DNA from: Peribolospora baueri
Lineage: Eukaryota
DNA: 64,000 bases
Direction: 5' to 3'
NCBI GenBank assembly: GCA_029717555.1
Contig: JAMDHS010000013.1
Location: forward strand, 124,001 to 188,000
Part shown: positions 46,313 to 59,450 of the stretch, in pieces
Layout of the letters: every line of letters begins with the position of its first letter
Numbering within the stretch: the stretch's first letter is position 1
The notes under the pieces: model-generated
What the model saw: the letters and a program-made list of their open reading frames with translations, nothing else
Database searches by the model: none
What the model was told of the DNA's origin: nothing
Translations under genes and position numbers: made by a program

Positions 46313-48821
46313 ATGAGTCCACCGGCTTCGCACGACAAGCGTCAGGTGCAGCTGCCGAGGGTGTTAAGCATTGCTGGGTCGGACAGCGGGGGTGGGGCCG
46401 GAATTCAGGTGAGAGTGCCAGAGTCAGACAGACAGAGAGACAGACACAAAAAGCGCTGCAATCGCTTTGCAAGGCCCCGCCTGGCGTGAGCGTACCGCGG
46501 ACCCTACGTCCTCACCGCCCTTTCCTCCAATCTCACACTTCGCGGCTCCCACAGGCAGACATCAAAACCCTCACCTCCCTGTCTTGCTATGCTCTCACCG
46601 CGCTCACCGCGCTCACCTCCCAGACCACCGTGGGCGTCCACGGCATACACTCTCTGCCCCCTTCCTTCGTCTTCGACCAGATCGTCCGCGTGGTCGAGGA
46701 CATCGGCATCGATGCCGTGAAAGTGGGCATGCTCGAGTCACCCGGCGTGGCCAAGGTGGTCGGGCGGGCCTGGAGACAAGTATGGGAGTGCGAGACGCGT
46801 CTCAAGATGGCAGCGACGGCGGACGATCAGCGAGCGAACGGTATAGCGCAGAAGCGCCCTGCTTTGCCGCCCATCGTTCTCGACCCAGTTATGGTCAGCA
46901 CAAGCGGTCACGTCCTGCTTGCTTCGGACGCAATCGACGCAATCATGGACGACCTGCTCCCTCTCTGTGCCGTCTTGACCCCCAATCTTCACGAAGCCGG
47001 CCTCTTACTGTCCCGGACGCGGTGCCGACAAGAGCACAGGAGTGAGGATGGGGACGAGGCAAAGGATCAGACGGAGCAGTTGGACAGCATTCCCAAGCTG
47101 ATCGAGGCGGCCAGGAAGCTCGCCAACCTGGGCCCTCAAGCTGTCCTGCTCAAAGGAGGGCATGGAAGTTTCACTAAGGAAGAGTGGGAGACGTGGGCGA
47201 TGAAGCACGGCAGGGATGCCACAACGTCTGGACCCTCTGTCTCTTCGGTCGACGGACTAGACCTCGTTATCCACGACAGCCCCTCCTCTGCTTCTCTTGC
47301 CTCCATACTTTCACCTGCACCATCACCTATCCTCTCTACTCTCTTCAATGCGCCAGCGCGGACGGACGATGCGAACGTCGTTGTGGATGTCTTGTACGAG
47401 CGGTCGCTTCCTGGCAAACAGTTACCACGGTGCATGATCATGGCCCGTCCAAAGATCGAGAGCGAGAGCACTCACGGAACTGGTTGCACGCTCAGCGCTG
47501 CTTTGGCCGGTGGTCTGGCCAAAGGGATGAGCAGTGAGTCGATTCGAATTATCTTTTCGTAAGCCTTCCTATTCGTCTTGATTTCCGCATCTGACCACCG
47601 CCGACTTCGTCCAACACCAAAGTCCAAGAGGCGACCGTTCTGGCTATCGAGTTCACCCAGCGCGGCATCGCCGCTGGTCTGCCAATCGGACAAGGACACG
47701 GGCCTTTAAACCACATGCATTCTATTATAGAAAGGCCGATACCTCAGTGCGTTTCTCGAGGAGCGTTGTCATCACTTGCTTCACTCATTCCATCACTCAC
47801 CTCCATTCCATGTTTCGCTTCGTGCTCCAGACCGACTCGCGCCAACCCCTACCCCTTTGTAACACACCTCATCCGCTCCTGTCAGCCACTTTGGCGGCGG
47901 TACGTGCAGCACTCTTTCGTCCTCCGGCTCGGACAGGGGACGCTGCCGGAGCATGCGTTCGTGCAATTCCTAAGGCAGGACTATAGGTTCCTGTTGCATT
48001 ACGCTCGGATCCATGGGTATGTCTCCGTATGAGTCTCGGTGCCGCAGAGGCCGTTTCGTCTTCTGTTTCTGAATCCACCCTTTCTTGCAACGGATGGAAA
48101 GCCTGGCCGCGTACAAGTCTTCCAACTGGGCAGATGTTCAGGCGTTTGGCAAAATCGCTCAAAACATCGCTGAGGAGAGCGAGATGCACGAGCGAGTGAG
48201 TCGAACGCACATCTCATCACTCTACTCTAAAGCGCTAATATACAGTACATGAAGCCAGTTGAGGGAGCAAGCTCCTGACACCAGGTGCGCCTGCTTTCTC
48301 TCGTCGGACAGTTCTGCGCCAGATGGGGTATCTCAAAGGAGGAGCTCGTCTCGACAGAGGAGACGGCGCGCACTATTGCCTACACGCGCTTCGTCTCTGA
48401 CGTGGGGCACCAAGGGTCGCTCCTCGATCTGATCGTTGCGACGAGCCCATGTCTACTCGGCTATGGGGAGGCGAGCCTATGGATTCAGCGGTGCGCTGAG
48501 AAGGGCGAAGAAGGCGTGAGGAGAAAGGAGAATAGGTATTGGGAGTGGGTCGAGGATTATACGTCTGACTGGTTCCAGGGCGCAGTGAAGGAAGGGATCG
48601 GTGAGTGGTTGGAGAATCGTTGGGGGATAAGTTGGACCCGTCACGCTCATTCAACCCTCTCAACCTTTTCCATGGTGCGACCCCTCACAGAGTCTATAGA
48701 ACGCCGCGTAGCCCTCGACCCACCCTCACCCTTGCGAGTTCGGGAGCTGGAAAATATTTTCCAGCAAGCCGTAAAGCTCGAAATTGGGTTTTGGGATGAG
48801 CCCCTCGAGACGATCGCATAG
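46313..48821 (+). CDS. THI20: HMP/HMP-P kinase fused to TenA thiaminase II (THI20 family)
   Basis: VLSIAGSDSGGGAGIQADIKT, VKVGML, VLDPVMVSTSG, LTPN, LKGGH, THGTGCTLSAA and GHGPLNH; TenA FLRQDYRFL, SPCLLGYGE (catalytic Cys) and LEIGFWD. Confidence 0.94.
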
Positions 48822-49583
48822 CGTGGCGGAGAGGGATCTGGTAATCGGAACAAGACGGGAAGACTGATTATTCGCAATCAAACATAGAGTATCACGCTTC
48901 GTCATCTCCATCCTCGCTATCTTCTGTCGTCACGAGAAAGACCGTCGTGGTCCAACGCTAAGGAAGTCTTGTGCTCATCGAGAGGGGTCGCCCCCCCGCG
49001 GCATCGGACAGGGGCTCAGAGATCGCTCGACTGGTCTGGTTCACAGAAATAGCGTAAAACTCACTCTCATCGGGAAAGTTCGGAAGGACTCGTGTGTCAG
49101 GCGCGGAGGGGAATAAATGATGGGAGAGTGGAAGAGTGTAGGAGCGCAGAGGTGGGAGGGGCCGAGAGTGTGATGCAAAACGGAACGGCTCGGTGAAGCT
49201 AAAGACGGCGTCATCGCTGTAGTCGGCAAATCTGGCTCAGAGTCGGCCCAGCGAGAACAGAGGCAAAGGGGCGGCGAAATAGCATCGCCAGGCATCAAGC
49301 AAGTGTCGTCGAGCCGTCGAGGAAATCAATTCCATCCCGGCAGAAGGTAAGGCAAGAAAATACACAAGAGCTCCCTATAGCTGTTTCACGCGTCTGAACG
49401 AACGCTGAACCAACAGTTCGGTCGCTGGAAATGTTCCAGGTCATCGGCGCCACTAGGCTTCCGACTTCATTCGTCCAATGCTGCTGTGGAACTGAACAAG
49501 GGCGTGGATATGAAGCCTATTGATGTGCGTTATGGACGCCGCCTCTAGTGCCCTCTTGTACCCGGCTCATTCCAGGGCCCTAC

Positions 49584-52415
49584 CTAAGACGCATACGCCT
49601 GCTCAATGAAGCGCGAGATGATCAGGCGCTGTTGTGAATCCGGACGGAGCGTTGCAAGGAAACGCCGAGGAGACAAGGCAATTTTTAGAAGCTATTAAAG
49701 AACAAACCTCCGGTCGCGAGTCACTTTCGTTCTCACCTGAATCTGGCTCGTACCCTCGTAAAGCTCGAAAATTTTGCTGAAGAGCCATAATGGATGACGA
49801 CTGAGTCAGAAATGGCCGCACGGGCACCATATCCCAGACGATCACATATGCGAGGCTCGCTTACCTGTCACGGAACAGCTTCTCGACCGGAGCTTCGGTG
49901 TTGAATCCCATGCTGAGAGCGTGGGCCAAAGGAAATGGAGCAGTTAGGTGCCGGAGAGAGAGAATATACGTCCAGGGAGCCGCGGAAAGTTACAGCTCTC
50001 GAAACCCCTCAGCTCAGCTCACCCGCCGAAGACCTGAACAGCGGTGTCCGCGTTACTGACAGCCGCCTTGGACGCCATGCACTTCGCAATGGAGGCGTAG
50101 TAAGCTGTTCCATGCCCAAAGGATGAGGTCGGGGAAAAAGAAACGGTAGTATTTTGAAGAAAACGTTGTGATCAGCTCTCGTCGCTTATTCTTGGGTGCA
50201 TTCCACACTTTCGGGGAGCGATTAGAAGAAGCCTCACTGTTGCGCTCTCCCGCGTCCTTCAGCCACGAGGCTTTCTGAACCATGTTACGTGAAGACTCGA
50301 CCGCCCTGAAACGAATGGCGCCGCGCGCCCGAGAGGACAGACGAATTGGTTAGCCAATCAGCACCTTAATCGGCCCCAAGAGAAGAACGAGCTCGAGAAC
50401 CTACATGGCCATATCAGCCAGCATGAAAGCCACGGCCTGGTGCTGGATGATAGGCTTGCCCATCGTCTGACCAGACAATCGCCAAGTGGAGGACATGGTC
50501 AGCATTTACAGACCTTCGCATCGGCCGATTTAGGCCGCTTTACTTCGTCGAGCTTCATTTCCTCACCTTCCGCTCCAGTGCGTACTTGGCCGCCTCGTCC
50601 AAAGCCCTCTGCGCCAGACCCACAGCGCCAGACGCGACCAAAGGCCGGGTGATATCGAACGCCTCTGTTGGAGACAGAGGGGTTCAGATGTGCTAGGTCA
50701 GGTTTGCCATCGCGAGACGAAGAAGGCCAGATGCGCCTAATGAACAGGGAATCCTCACTCATGGCGATCTTGAATCCGTCTCCTGCAGAGCCCAGTACGT
50801 TCGACTCAGGAACCTCGACGTTCTCGAACGTGATCATGCGCGTGTCGGAGCACCGCTGGCCCATGTTAATCTCCTTCTTCCCTACGATGATACCAGGCGT
50901 GTTGGCGTCAACCACGAAACCAGTCATGCTCTTGTGGGGCTTGGCTGACGGGTCGGACTTGGCCAAGACGAAGTACCAGTTAGCCTTGCCGCCGTTCGTG
51001 ATCCTGTGAGTGGAAGAATTGGTATGGGTCCGTTTAAGCCATCCGCATGAACGACCCATAACATTTCGCATTGGACCAAAAGGACGGTTGCTACGTACCA
51101 CATCTTCGTGCCGTTGATGACCCACTTGTCGCCCTTCTTCTCCGCTTTCGTAGAGATGTTGGCGACGTCGGAGCCAGCACCAGGCTCGGTCTGGTGATAT
51201 ACGACGAGACGCATTGACGTTAAGGCGGTCGAAGGTGAGCGTGCTGGTCTGGACGCCGAATAACGAGCGTGTTGCAGGCTAAACAGGTAGCTCACCACAC
51301 AGTATGCGGCCATCAGAGGTTCTTCAGTCATCCTCCCAAGATACTTCTGTTTCAGCTCGTGCGACGCGGCCACGATGAGCGGAGCCTCAGCGAGACCGTT
51401 CGCTTCAATGGCAGTCTGAATGCCTGGTTGAAATGAGCGGATACAATGTCAGTCAGACCTCGATAGTTCGACGCGCAGTCCAAGCTGGGCTCAAGTTCTT
51501 ACCCGTGCAACCATAAGCGAGCTCTACAAAGAAGAGCGCAGAAAAGAAACGAAGACATGAACGGGATGATTAATGCAACCGTCTCAAGCCAAGAAGGACG
51601 CTTTCCATTCCCATAAATCGCTTACCTTCGGAAATCATCGACGCTTCCAGAAGACCCAGTCCGGGGCCTCCATACTATGTAAGCAGATCACCATGCATGG
51701 TAAGTAATACTGATTTCGTTGAGTCGGACGCCTTTCCGACCGCCTGTACAGCAGACAAGGACGGGTTGCTCACCTCCTCGGGAATGTGCGAGTTGACGAG
51801 ACCAGCTTCGTGTGCCTTCTTGATCACTTCCCAAGGGTACTCCATTGTCCTGTGAACGCGAGAGCAGACCCAATCGGCAAGAGAGCGCAAGAAACCCGGT
51901 TTAGCTTTCTAAACGTAACAAACGAAACCACGACAAAAGGCTTCGGAGGAGCGACAACATTAGCAACACGGAAGGGGTTGCTTACCTATCATGCTCAGCA
52001 GCGACAGGGATGATGTGATCTCTGGTGAACCTGCATGCCAAGTCTTCATTTGTTTGCAACGTCGACAGCATACAGAGGCAAGAAGCGGAAGAAGACGAGG
52101 AAAGGAGGGCCGCACCCGGGTCAGTCGTCCCCATGCACGAACAAGCAGCGCACAGACGTACAAAAGGCAGCCTCATCAACCTCATAGCCGCAAACAACAG
52201 AGGTTCAACTCTTCTTTCCCTCTTATGGTACCACGGCACTTACCTCGATAAGCCTCCTGGTCCTCGCTAGCCTTGAAAGAAATGCCGCTCTCAGCGCTCG
52301 CCTCGGTCGCGAAGCCGCGTCGAAGAGGGCCCACCGCAGCCGAAGAGGAGCATGCGGCGGAGGCGGCAGACCTGGGGACGGCCGAGCGGATGCCAAATCG
52401 GAGAGGTGCAAGCAT
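49584..52415 (-). CDS. Medium-chain acyl-CoA dehydrogenase (ACADM-like), mitochondrial
   Basis: [68 protein letters not shown] and [16 protein letters not shown]; Arg/Ala presequence. Confidence 0.93.
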
Positions 52416-52721
52416 TCTCGGAGTGTGCACAGCGCTGTGAGGGAACGAGGGCGCGAAAGGTGACAGGAAGATGCGATGGAGGGCTGGAAGAGCTCGGGCA
52501 GGACGCTGTTGACCGGGAACATCCAAAGCGGACCGACCCCCGCACCGGTCCAATAGCCGGTTACCGCAGCCGCAAGTTAACATGTGATCCGTTAGCCGGG
52601 TGCGGCCAACTCCGGGAACCGACGCGGAGAAGTTAAGTTCACCGGCCGACGACCAACACCATCTCATTTCGCCCTTCGGTACCCCTTTCTCAGTCCACGT
52701 CTTCTCTGCCTCGTCTCAGTC

Positions 52722-54719
52722 ATGGCAAACTTTACCACTGTTTTCCGGCGCCTTCCCACGTCTCTGCGCTCCGCCGCACCCTCCCTGGTCGCCCCGTCGA
52801 GCACGCTACCTCGGATTCGCCGCGACTTCTCCTCCTCGTCGGCCGCGCGATATGCCGAAGCACAGACGGGCGAGTTCGTCTCTCCCTCCGGTGTGAACTC
52901 CCTCTCGGCGTTCACCGACGAGGAGCAGATGTTCCGCGAATCGGTCCGCCGCTTCGCCCAGGACGTGGTCGGTCCCAAGGTGGAGGCCATGGACGAGGCC
53001 GAAAAGATGGACGCGGATATCATCAAGGGTTGCTTCGAGCAGGGTCTCATGGCCATCGAGACCAGCGCAGACCTGGGCGGCGCGGAATCGAGCTTTACTT
53101 CTGCTATCATTGCCATCGAGGGTGAGCGAGCGTTTTTACATAAAGTTTTAGCAGTGTGCAACGCGTACGAGCACGTTCGGAACAGATGGAGGCTCACCTC
53201 GCCCCTTCCTCGCTTTGGTTGCGCAGAGCTGGCAAAGGTTGACCCGTCTGTCTCCGTAATGGTTGACGTCCACAAGTGAGCTGTGACGAACGATGCTCTA
53301 CCGGTGAAGGAAATGGAAGGAGCAGAGTCTGATCTCTTGACGCCCTTTCGAACAGCACTCTCGTCAACACTGTTCTTCGCAAGTACGCAAAGCAGTCTCT
53401 CCGGGAGAAGTATCTTCCGCAGCTGGCAGAAAACAGGGTAGATAAAACCCATAATATTGTATGGAGACCAAGTACCAGAACTGAATCTCGCAACGCTCCC
53501 CTCCCCTCTTCCAGCTTGGCTCTTTCTGCTTGTCAGAGCCAGCCTCTGGCTCGGACGCGTTCGCCTTGAAGACGACTGCCAAGTTGAGCGACGACAAGAG
53601 CTACTGGACCCTCTCGGGAAGCAAAATGTGGATTACGAACAGGTACGGGCAAGCTTATTTTTTATTTCTAGTCAGCAGTGTCGTGACTTTGTGCTTTTGC
53701 CTACTGGCCTCGGTCATCGCTCTTTCCACAGCGCGGAAGCCGATTTCTTCATTGTCTTTGCGAATGTCGACCCGAGCAAGGGATACAAGGGTATCACCGC
53801 CTTCGCCGTTGACAAGGACATGGGCGTGGAGGTTGCGAAGAAGGAGAAGAAGCTCGGCATCCGTGCTTCTTCCACCTGCACCCTTAACTTCGACGACGTC
53901 AAGGTACCCGCGGAGAACGTCATCGGAGAGGTCGGCAAGGGATACAAGATTGCTATCGAGATCCTGAACGAGGGTGAGTTGGAAGACCTGTGAGCGCATA
54001 GATAAACAGAAGAGCAGCGGCGGAATTCCTCTTGACCATTTCACGCCGTCATTTTCCCCGGGGTCTGCGTCCGCTTCATCATGCAACTCCTCCAGGCCGC
54101 GTTGGTATCGGCGCGCAGATGATCGGCCTTGCTCAAGGTGCTTTCGATAAATCGGTACCGTACACTTTCCAGCGCAAGCAATTCGGCCAGCCGGTGGGCA
54201 AATTCCAAGGCATGCAGCTTCAATTCGCAGAGGTGGCCACCGAGATCGAAGCGGCGCGTTTGCTGGTGTACAATGCCGCTCGTCTCAAGGAGGAGGGTAG
54301 GTCTTTCACCATGCAGGCTGCGATGGCCAAATGGTACGCTTCTCAGGTCGCGCAGAAGGCCGCCGGATCGGCGATCGAGTGGGCTGGCGGTTTGGGCTTG
54401 TGAGTCGCTCGCCATTTCTTGTCGTCGTTTGTATGCCTCCCAAAGCAGCAGGCGCTGAAAAGTCCCGTTCATCCCGCGTTCTCAGCACTCGGGAAACGGG
54501 TATCGAAAAGTTCTGGCGCGACAGCAAGATTGGAGCCATCTATGAAGGCACGAGCAATATTCAGGTGAGTCGAAATTGCATGGAGGCTCCGGTTACTCTC
54601 CCTACCTCAGGGCTACTCGATTCCTCTCGCGCTCATGAGACTCCCATCGTTTTCCCGAATTGCTCCGCCAGCTCCAAACCATTGCCAAGTTCATCGAAAA
54701 GAGCCACGGACAGGCGTAA
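52722..54719 (+). CDS. Short/branched-chain acyl-CoA dehydrogenase (ACADSB-like), mitochondrial
   Basis: [65 protein letters not shown] and [20 protein letters not shown]. Confidence 0.94.
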
Positions 54720-55409
54720 GCCTTTCCGCCGCTTTTTCGCTCCGCTTGCCCGCTCGAAGCCTAGAAGCCTGGCCACATGTATTAACGCTTGGTCGGTCGA
54801 TCGGAATTGATGGAAGAAAGCTCCCAGCAGCAAAGATGAACTCTACTGGTCTATGGGTTAGAGAAGCGAAAGGTCAACCAGATGGTCCTTACCGGAGGTT
54901 GTACGTGCGCGGAACCAACGGGGGCGAGCCGCAGCGGTCCTGCTCTAGCGCGGTGTTCAACTGTGCACAAAGATAGAAGACCGCGCGAGCGCTTCGTCGA
55001 CACCTTCCCTCCTATAGAATCGTCGCGAGACGAACGATGAACGTCTGTGCTCCATGCACGTTCAAACTTGGGGAGGGGGATGCGATGTCCCTTATGGTCA
55101 TGTTGAGCGTATGTCTTCATAAAACCCCCTCTCTGGAACACCCTGCACTCCGCGATCCCTGAACTAGAGAGGCTCTCGCAGCATTGTTTTTCACGCTTTC
55201 GGTCACCTCGTGTCCCACGCATTGCCCGGACGTCAATCTCGCCATCCGCCAATGTCTGCAATTGCAAGAAAAAGGTATGAAGCGTAGGCGCCGCGTGTGT
55301 GACCGTCCACTCGTCCTATCCGCTTTTCTCTTTGATCCCGGCAGCACACTCCCGGTCCGCCAGTCCCGCTTCCTTCGTCCCCTCTCATCCTCTCTGACGA
55401 CTCCCTCGC

Positions 55410-56585
55410 TTACTTGGACTTCACTCCACCACCGTTCACCGCCTTCCACTGGGTAAGCCCGCCCATGACGGACGTGATGAATCCGGCGATACCGAGCGCT
55501 CCTTCGTCCAAGTTGAGGTAGCCCAAGGTGGTGGCGGGGATGAGGGTGTCGAGAAGGTCTTGAGTCAGTTGGTAGCGGACGGCTGCGCGTTCGCTATGTT
55601 GCAGAAGGAGGGGGGAGGGAAGAAGAGGGATGAGATCCAGGAAGGTTAACAACGCGTGAAATGTACAGCCCAGAAGATGGCCAGCACAACAAGGCTATAG
55701 TCGAAACGCACCTCTGAATAGCCCTGATCTCGACCTTCCTCTCCGCCTCCTTCTCGGCCGTAGGCCTGGCCTTCTTGGCCTTCTTCTCGCGCACCTGCAA
55801 GGCGCGGATCTTGTAGCCTCCAGAGGCGATGCTGAAGAGCAGCCCGAAAAGCCAGAAGCGGGCGGCGTTGTTGGCAATGAAAGTGTAACGAGCCTGGCTG
55901 AAGGTGTAGGCTTTCGAGCCTTGCACCTGAAAAGAAAGAGGGGGTCAAAGACGTGCGACGTGAACACGGGCAAACGTCAGCGAGGTGATCGGGCTAGATG
56001 CTACAGGTAACTATCTCAACGGCCGAGCCAAAGTGGAGAGGTTGCGCGACAACTCACCCACTGCAGGGTATCAAAGACGAGGTAGACGGCGTAGCCGAAC
56101 TGACGACCCAAGGCGGTGTAGGCTAGCACGGGGTCCTGGACGGAAGCGGCCTTAAGAGCAGCTTGGAGGTGCTCCATGAATTTGCCCACGCGCATCACTG
56201 ATGGCCGCACAAGGAGACAGGGACAAAATTTGGCAATGGAGAGAACCAGGACGTGGACCGGTGAGACCTTCCGAGCTCCCCTTTAGGCGCACGATGATCG
56301 TCGTCATCGTTGCCGTCGGTCTCTGACCGCTGAACAGCTGTCCACTGCCGACCGCGTCGACCTCAAAAACCACTCACACTTCCTGCTGAGAGCAAGCTGG
56401 GACTTGAGCGCAGTCCACCTCTCCACGGTTTCCTTCGTAGCGCCCTTGCGGTAAGTGTACCAAGCGAGGAAACGGGCGAGGTACTGGATCGTGCGGTAAG
56501 TCTTGTCGCGGCCCACCGTCGTGCTCCAGAAGCGGAGGGTGGCCGAGATATGCGGGTGGAGGACGACCTGCTGGATGGCGGACAT
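55410..56585 (-). CDS. PEX11: Peroxisomal membrane protein Pex11
   Basis: LHPHISATLRFWSTTVGRDKTYRTIQYLARFL, SRK..MRVGKFMEHL, RFWLFGL and QDLLDTLIP..LG...GFITS. Confidence 0.93.
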
Positions 56586-56886
56586 GATGGCGAGCGTCGG
56601 TCTCGATTCGATTTCCGATGACACAGGGAGAGGGGCGAGAGGTGTGGAGAATGGAAGGGTACGGGGAAAATGAGGTGGTCGTCGTCGTCGTCAGTCTGGG
56701 GCAGGCTGCGCGTGATCCGGGGCAGGTTCGAGAGCCGGGCCCGGCAATCGGTTGCCGTATCCGCCCCTCAGCGGCAATACGCGCTTGGAAGCGGCGGTCG
56801 CCAAGGCGGTAGTCGTCACGTGCGGTGCACTGAAACGACGTGCACGGCCGACGTTCACTTCGAGCTTTCTGTGCTGGACGTTCGCC

Positions 56887-58165
56887 ATGGTCCGGTGGTC
56901 CACGACGGACCACTTGTATCTCTCAACTCGGCCGCCCCCCGTTAGCGTTCCAACTTGCCAACGTGCGCTCCCGCTGGCGATCATTGTCTTGAATCAGCCG
57001 ATTTATGACCGAAGCGTTTTTGAGCGGTTGTGGAGCAGAGGTAAGTCGGGACTGTCTGCCGTCCCTCAAAAGATAGACTGTTAAGTTCCTCTTTCTTCCT
57101 GCGATCGCATTGCAGCATCGGTACGATACTGTGCCGACGGAGGCGCGAACCGGGTGTACGACGAGTTTTTTGGACCGCAGGGACGACTTCCTGGCGGGGA
57201 GGTGGCCGGTGGAAAAGACTTGTGAGCGGCGTCAAATATTCAATGCGTACCTAGGTCGTTGCTCGAAGGGATGGGTGGCTCTGACGGACCCCTTCGTTTC
57301 TGCTTGTCAAGTAGCCCTTTCCCTCATCTGATAGAAGGCGATCTAGACTCTCTGCGCGACGATGTTCGCCAGTTTTTTGAAGCTAGAGTAAGCTCTTCAG
57401 CTTTTCCATCCCTACGTTTCGCTTCCCTTTCTGACCCCTTTGTTTGCATGCAGGGCGTCCGTGTCATACGAACGCCGTCTCAATACGCGACCGACCTCAT
57501 GAAATGCATAGCCCGTCTGGATGAGCACGAGGCTTTGCTCTCCGAGACTTCAGCAACTTCTACCTCCGACCCAGATGCCGGCTCGGTCCAGCAGCACACA
57601 CTCGCCATACATGGAGGCCTGTCCGGTCGACTGGACCAGACGATGCACACTTTGCATGTCCTGCTTGGAGAGAAGCTGCGCAAGGGAAGGACGAGGACGT
57701 TTGTTGTGGGCGACGGCTGCGTCGCGTGGGTTCTAGACGAGGTGAGTCGGGCCCCAGTCTATCGCGTCACGCTCCGAGCTGACTAACGTCGCCTGGAGCG
57801 CTGTCTTCTAATGTCTATTCATTCGCCTCGGCAGGGTGAACATACCTTGGAGATAGACAGAACTCTTCTCGGGCCCACTTGTGGGCTGTTGCCGGTCGGC
57901 TTCGGAGAGGCCGTCATGTCGACCACTGGCCTGGAATGGAACTTGGGTGAGACTGTGTCTTGCTTCATCGACATGTTAATCTGCTCTATTTATTCTAAAA
58001 AGTCGCCGTTCGTTCCATTCCGTGTGCCTGCGCCATGGAGCAGACAACCAACCTTCCGCCCTAGCGGGCGACCTCTTCTCCACCTCCAACCACGTCGTCG
58101 ACGACATTGTCACCATCAAAACTGACAAGCCGATAGTGTGGACCGTCGAGCTAAGGAGCGCATGA
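56887..58165 (+). CDS. THI80: Thiamine pyrophosphokinase
   Basis: IVLNQP, CADGGANRVYD, GDLDSLR, QYATDLMKC, GGLSGRLDQT, CGLLPVG, TTGLEWNL, STSNHV and VWTVEL. Confidence 0.94.
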
Positions 58166-58405
58166 TGTGACGGGGACTAGCGACGATAGATAGCCACTGG
58201 TTTGCGCTCCTGAGGATATTCTCGTAAACGAACAATCCAAACTCATCCGCTTCTTTAGAAATGGGCAGTCCGGAAAGGGCGTATTGCACTCGTATATCCG
58301 TAGACCCTAGCTATGTGAACATTATTATGATCATTCGCCCTCACCCCATCGTTCTCCCTCTCCCGACGCTTAGTCCGAAGACCCAAACGAACTCCAAGTC
58401 CTCCA

Positions 58406-59095
58406 TCACTCGCCACCCGGATTTTTATTCTTCGAATAAGGGTCGTACCTCGGGTTCCTCTTCTGCTCTTCAAAGTTCCACTCCGGCGGCATCGTCCCTC
58501 CCTGCGACCACTTCTCCCCTTCGGGAGGCTGTTCGCCCGCTTTCGGGTGCGCAGGGCTGGTAGACGTAGACGAGCCGGGCGCTTGACTCGTCGGGACGGT
58601 GTTGGAGGGCACGCCGGGAATGTGGCGCGGATGGGCCGATGTGAGGGGCGTGTCTACCGAGGTGAAGCTGAGAGGCGCGTCGGCGCCCGTTGGGTCTTAG
58701 TCCGCGGCGCATAACCCGATGTATGGAATCGAGGACGATCTCATGGCCGTGCTCACTCACCCAGGATGTTTCTTGTCCCCTTGCGTAGCACTCGTCCTAC
58801 TCTCGTGAGTTGGCTGCTTCGTCCTATCGTCCACCCGAACCCCGACGCTGCTACTGAAACTCCTGGCGCCGTCGCCGTTAGTGTTCAAGCCGAGCTTCTT
58901 CTTGGCAACCTCCGTCCAGCTGCGGGCGAGAGCGTCGAGCGTAGAGCGCTGTTTGTCGTGCACCGCGTGCCTCGCTCGGTTCACGTCCCCCGTTTCCGAC
59001 GTCCGCAGCGTCGAGCTGAGGGTACGAGAGGTAACGTAGATAGAGCGCGTTGTGGGCAGGCGAACTGCGTGGAGAACAGGGCGGAGGAAGTGCAT
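58406..59095 (-). CDS. Hypothetical two-exon protein (~200 aa) with mitochondrial presequence-like N-terminus
   Basis: ORF 59095-58760 joins through GG|gtgagt...ctctcag|C in frame to the ORF ending at 58406; fills the head-to-head slot opposite OPI3. Confidence 0.6.
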
Positions 59096-59450
59096 GGTGG
59101 TCTGTGGAGAGAAAAGCGTGATAGCTTACGTCGGACTGAAGGTGATGTACGAGCAAGAGGAGATGGGTCAGCGTCAGCATCGCCGACGTTTCCCTCCTCG
59201 TCCGCGCCACCAGCGCTCCTTCCCTCGTCCACGCCATTCATCCATCTCATCTCTGGCCACAAGATCTCATCTGAGGTCAGCGTTCCAGTGCGAACGTCAT
59301 CGTCGTCGATCGCGATGATCGACGGCTGCGGCAAGTCGTAGCGTCGGAGCAAAGCGGTTTGCACGTTCAAGCACGACCGTCCAATCTCGGTCACACCAGC
59401 CCTCGTCAGTTCAGCTCCACCAGTCCCAAGTGGAGATAGCACCAGTGTCG

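Noticed and set aside
46040..58165. TPP riboswitch in or near THI20 or THI80
   Set aside because: No CTGAGA ... (C/T)TGAT ... AT.CC.GCG aptamer arrangement seen in their leaders or introns.
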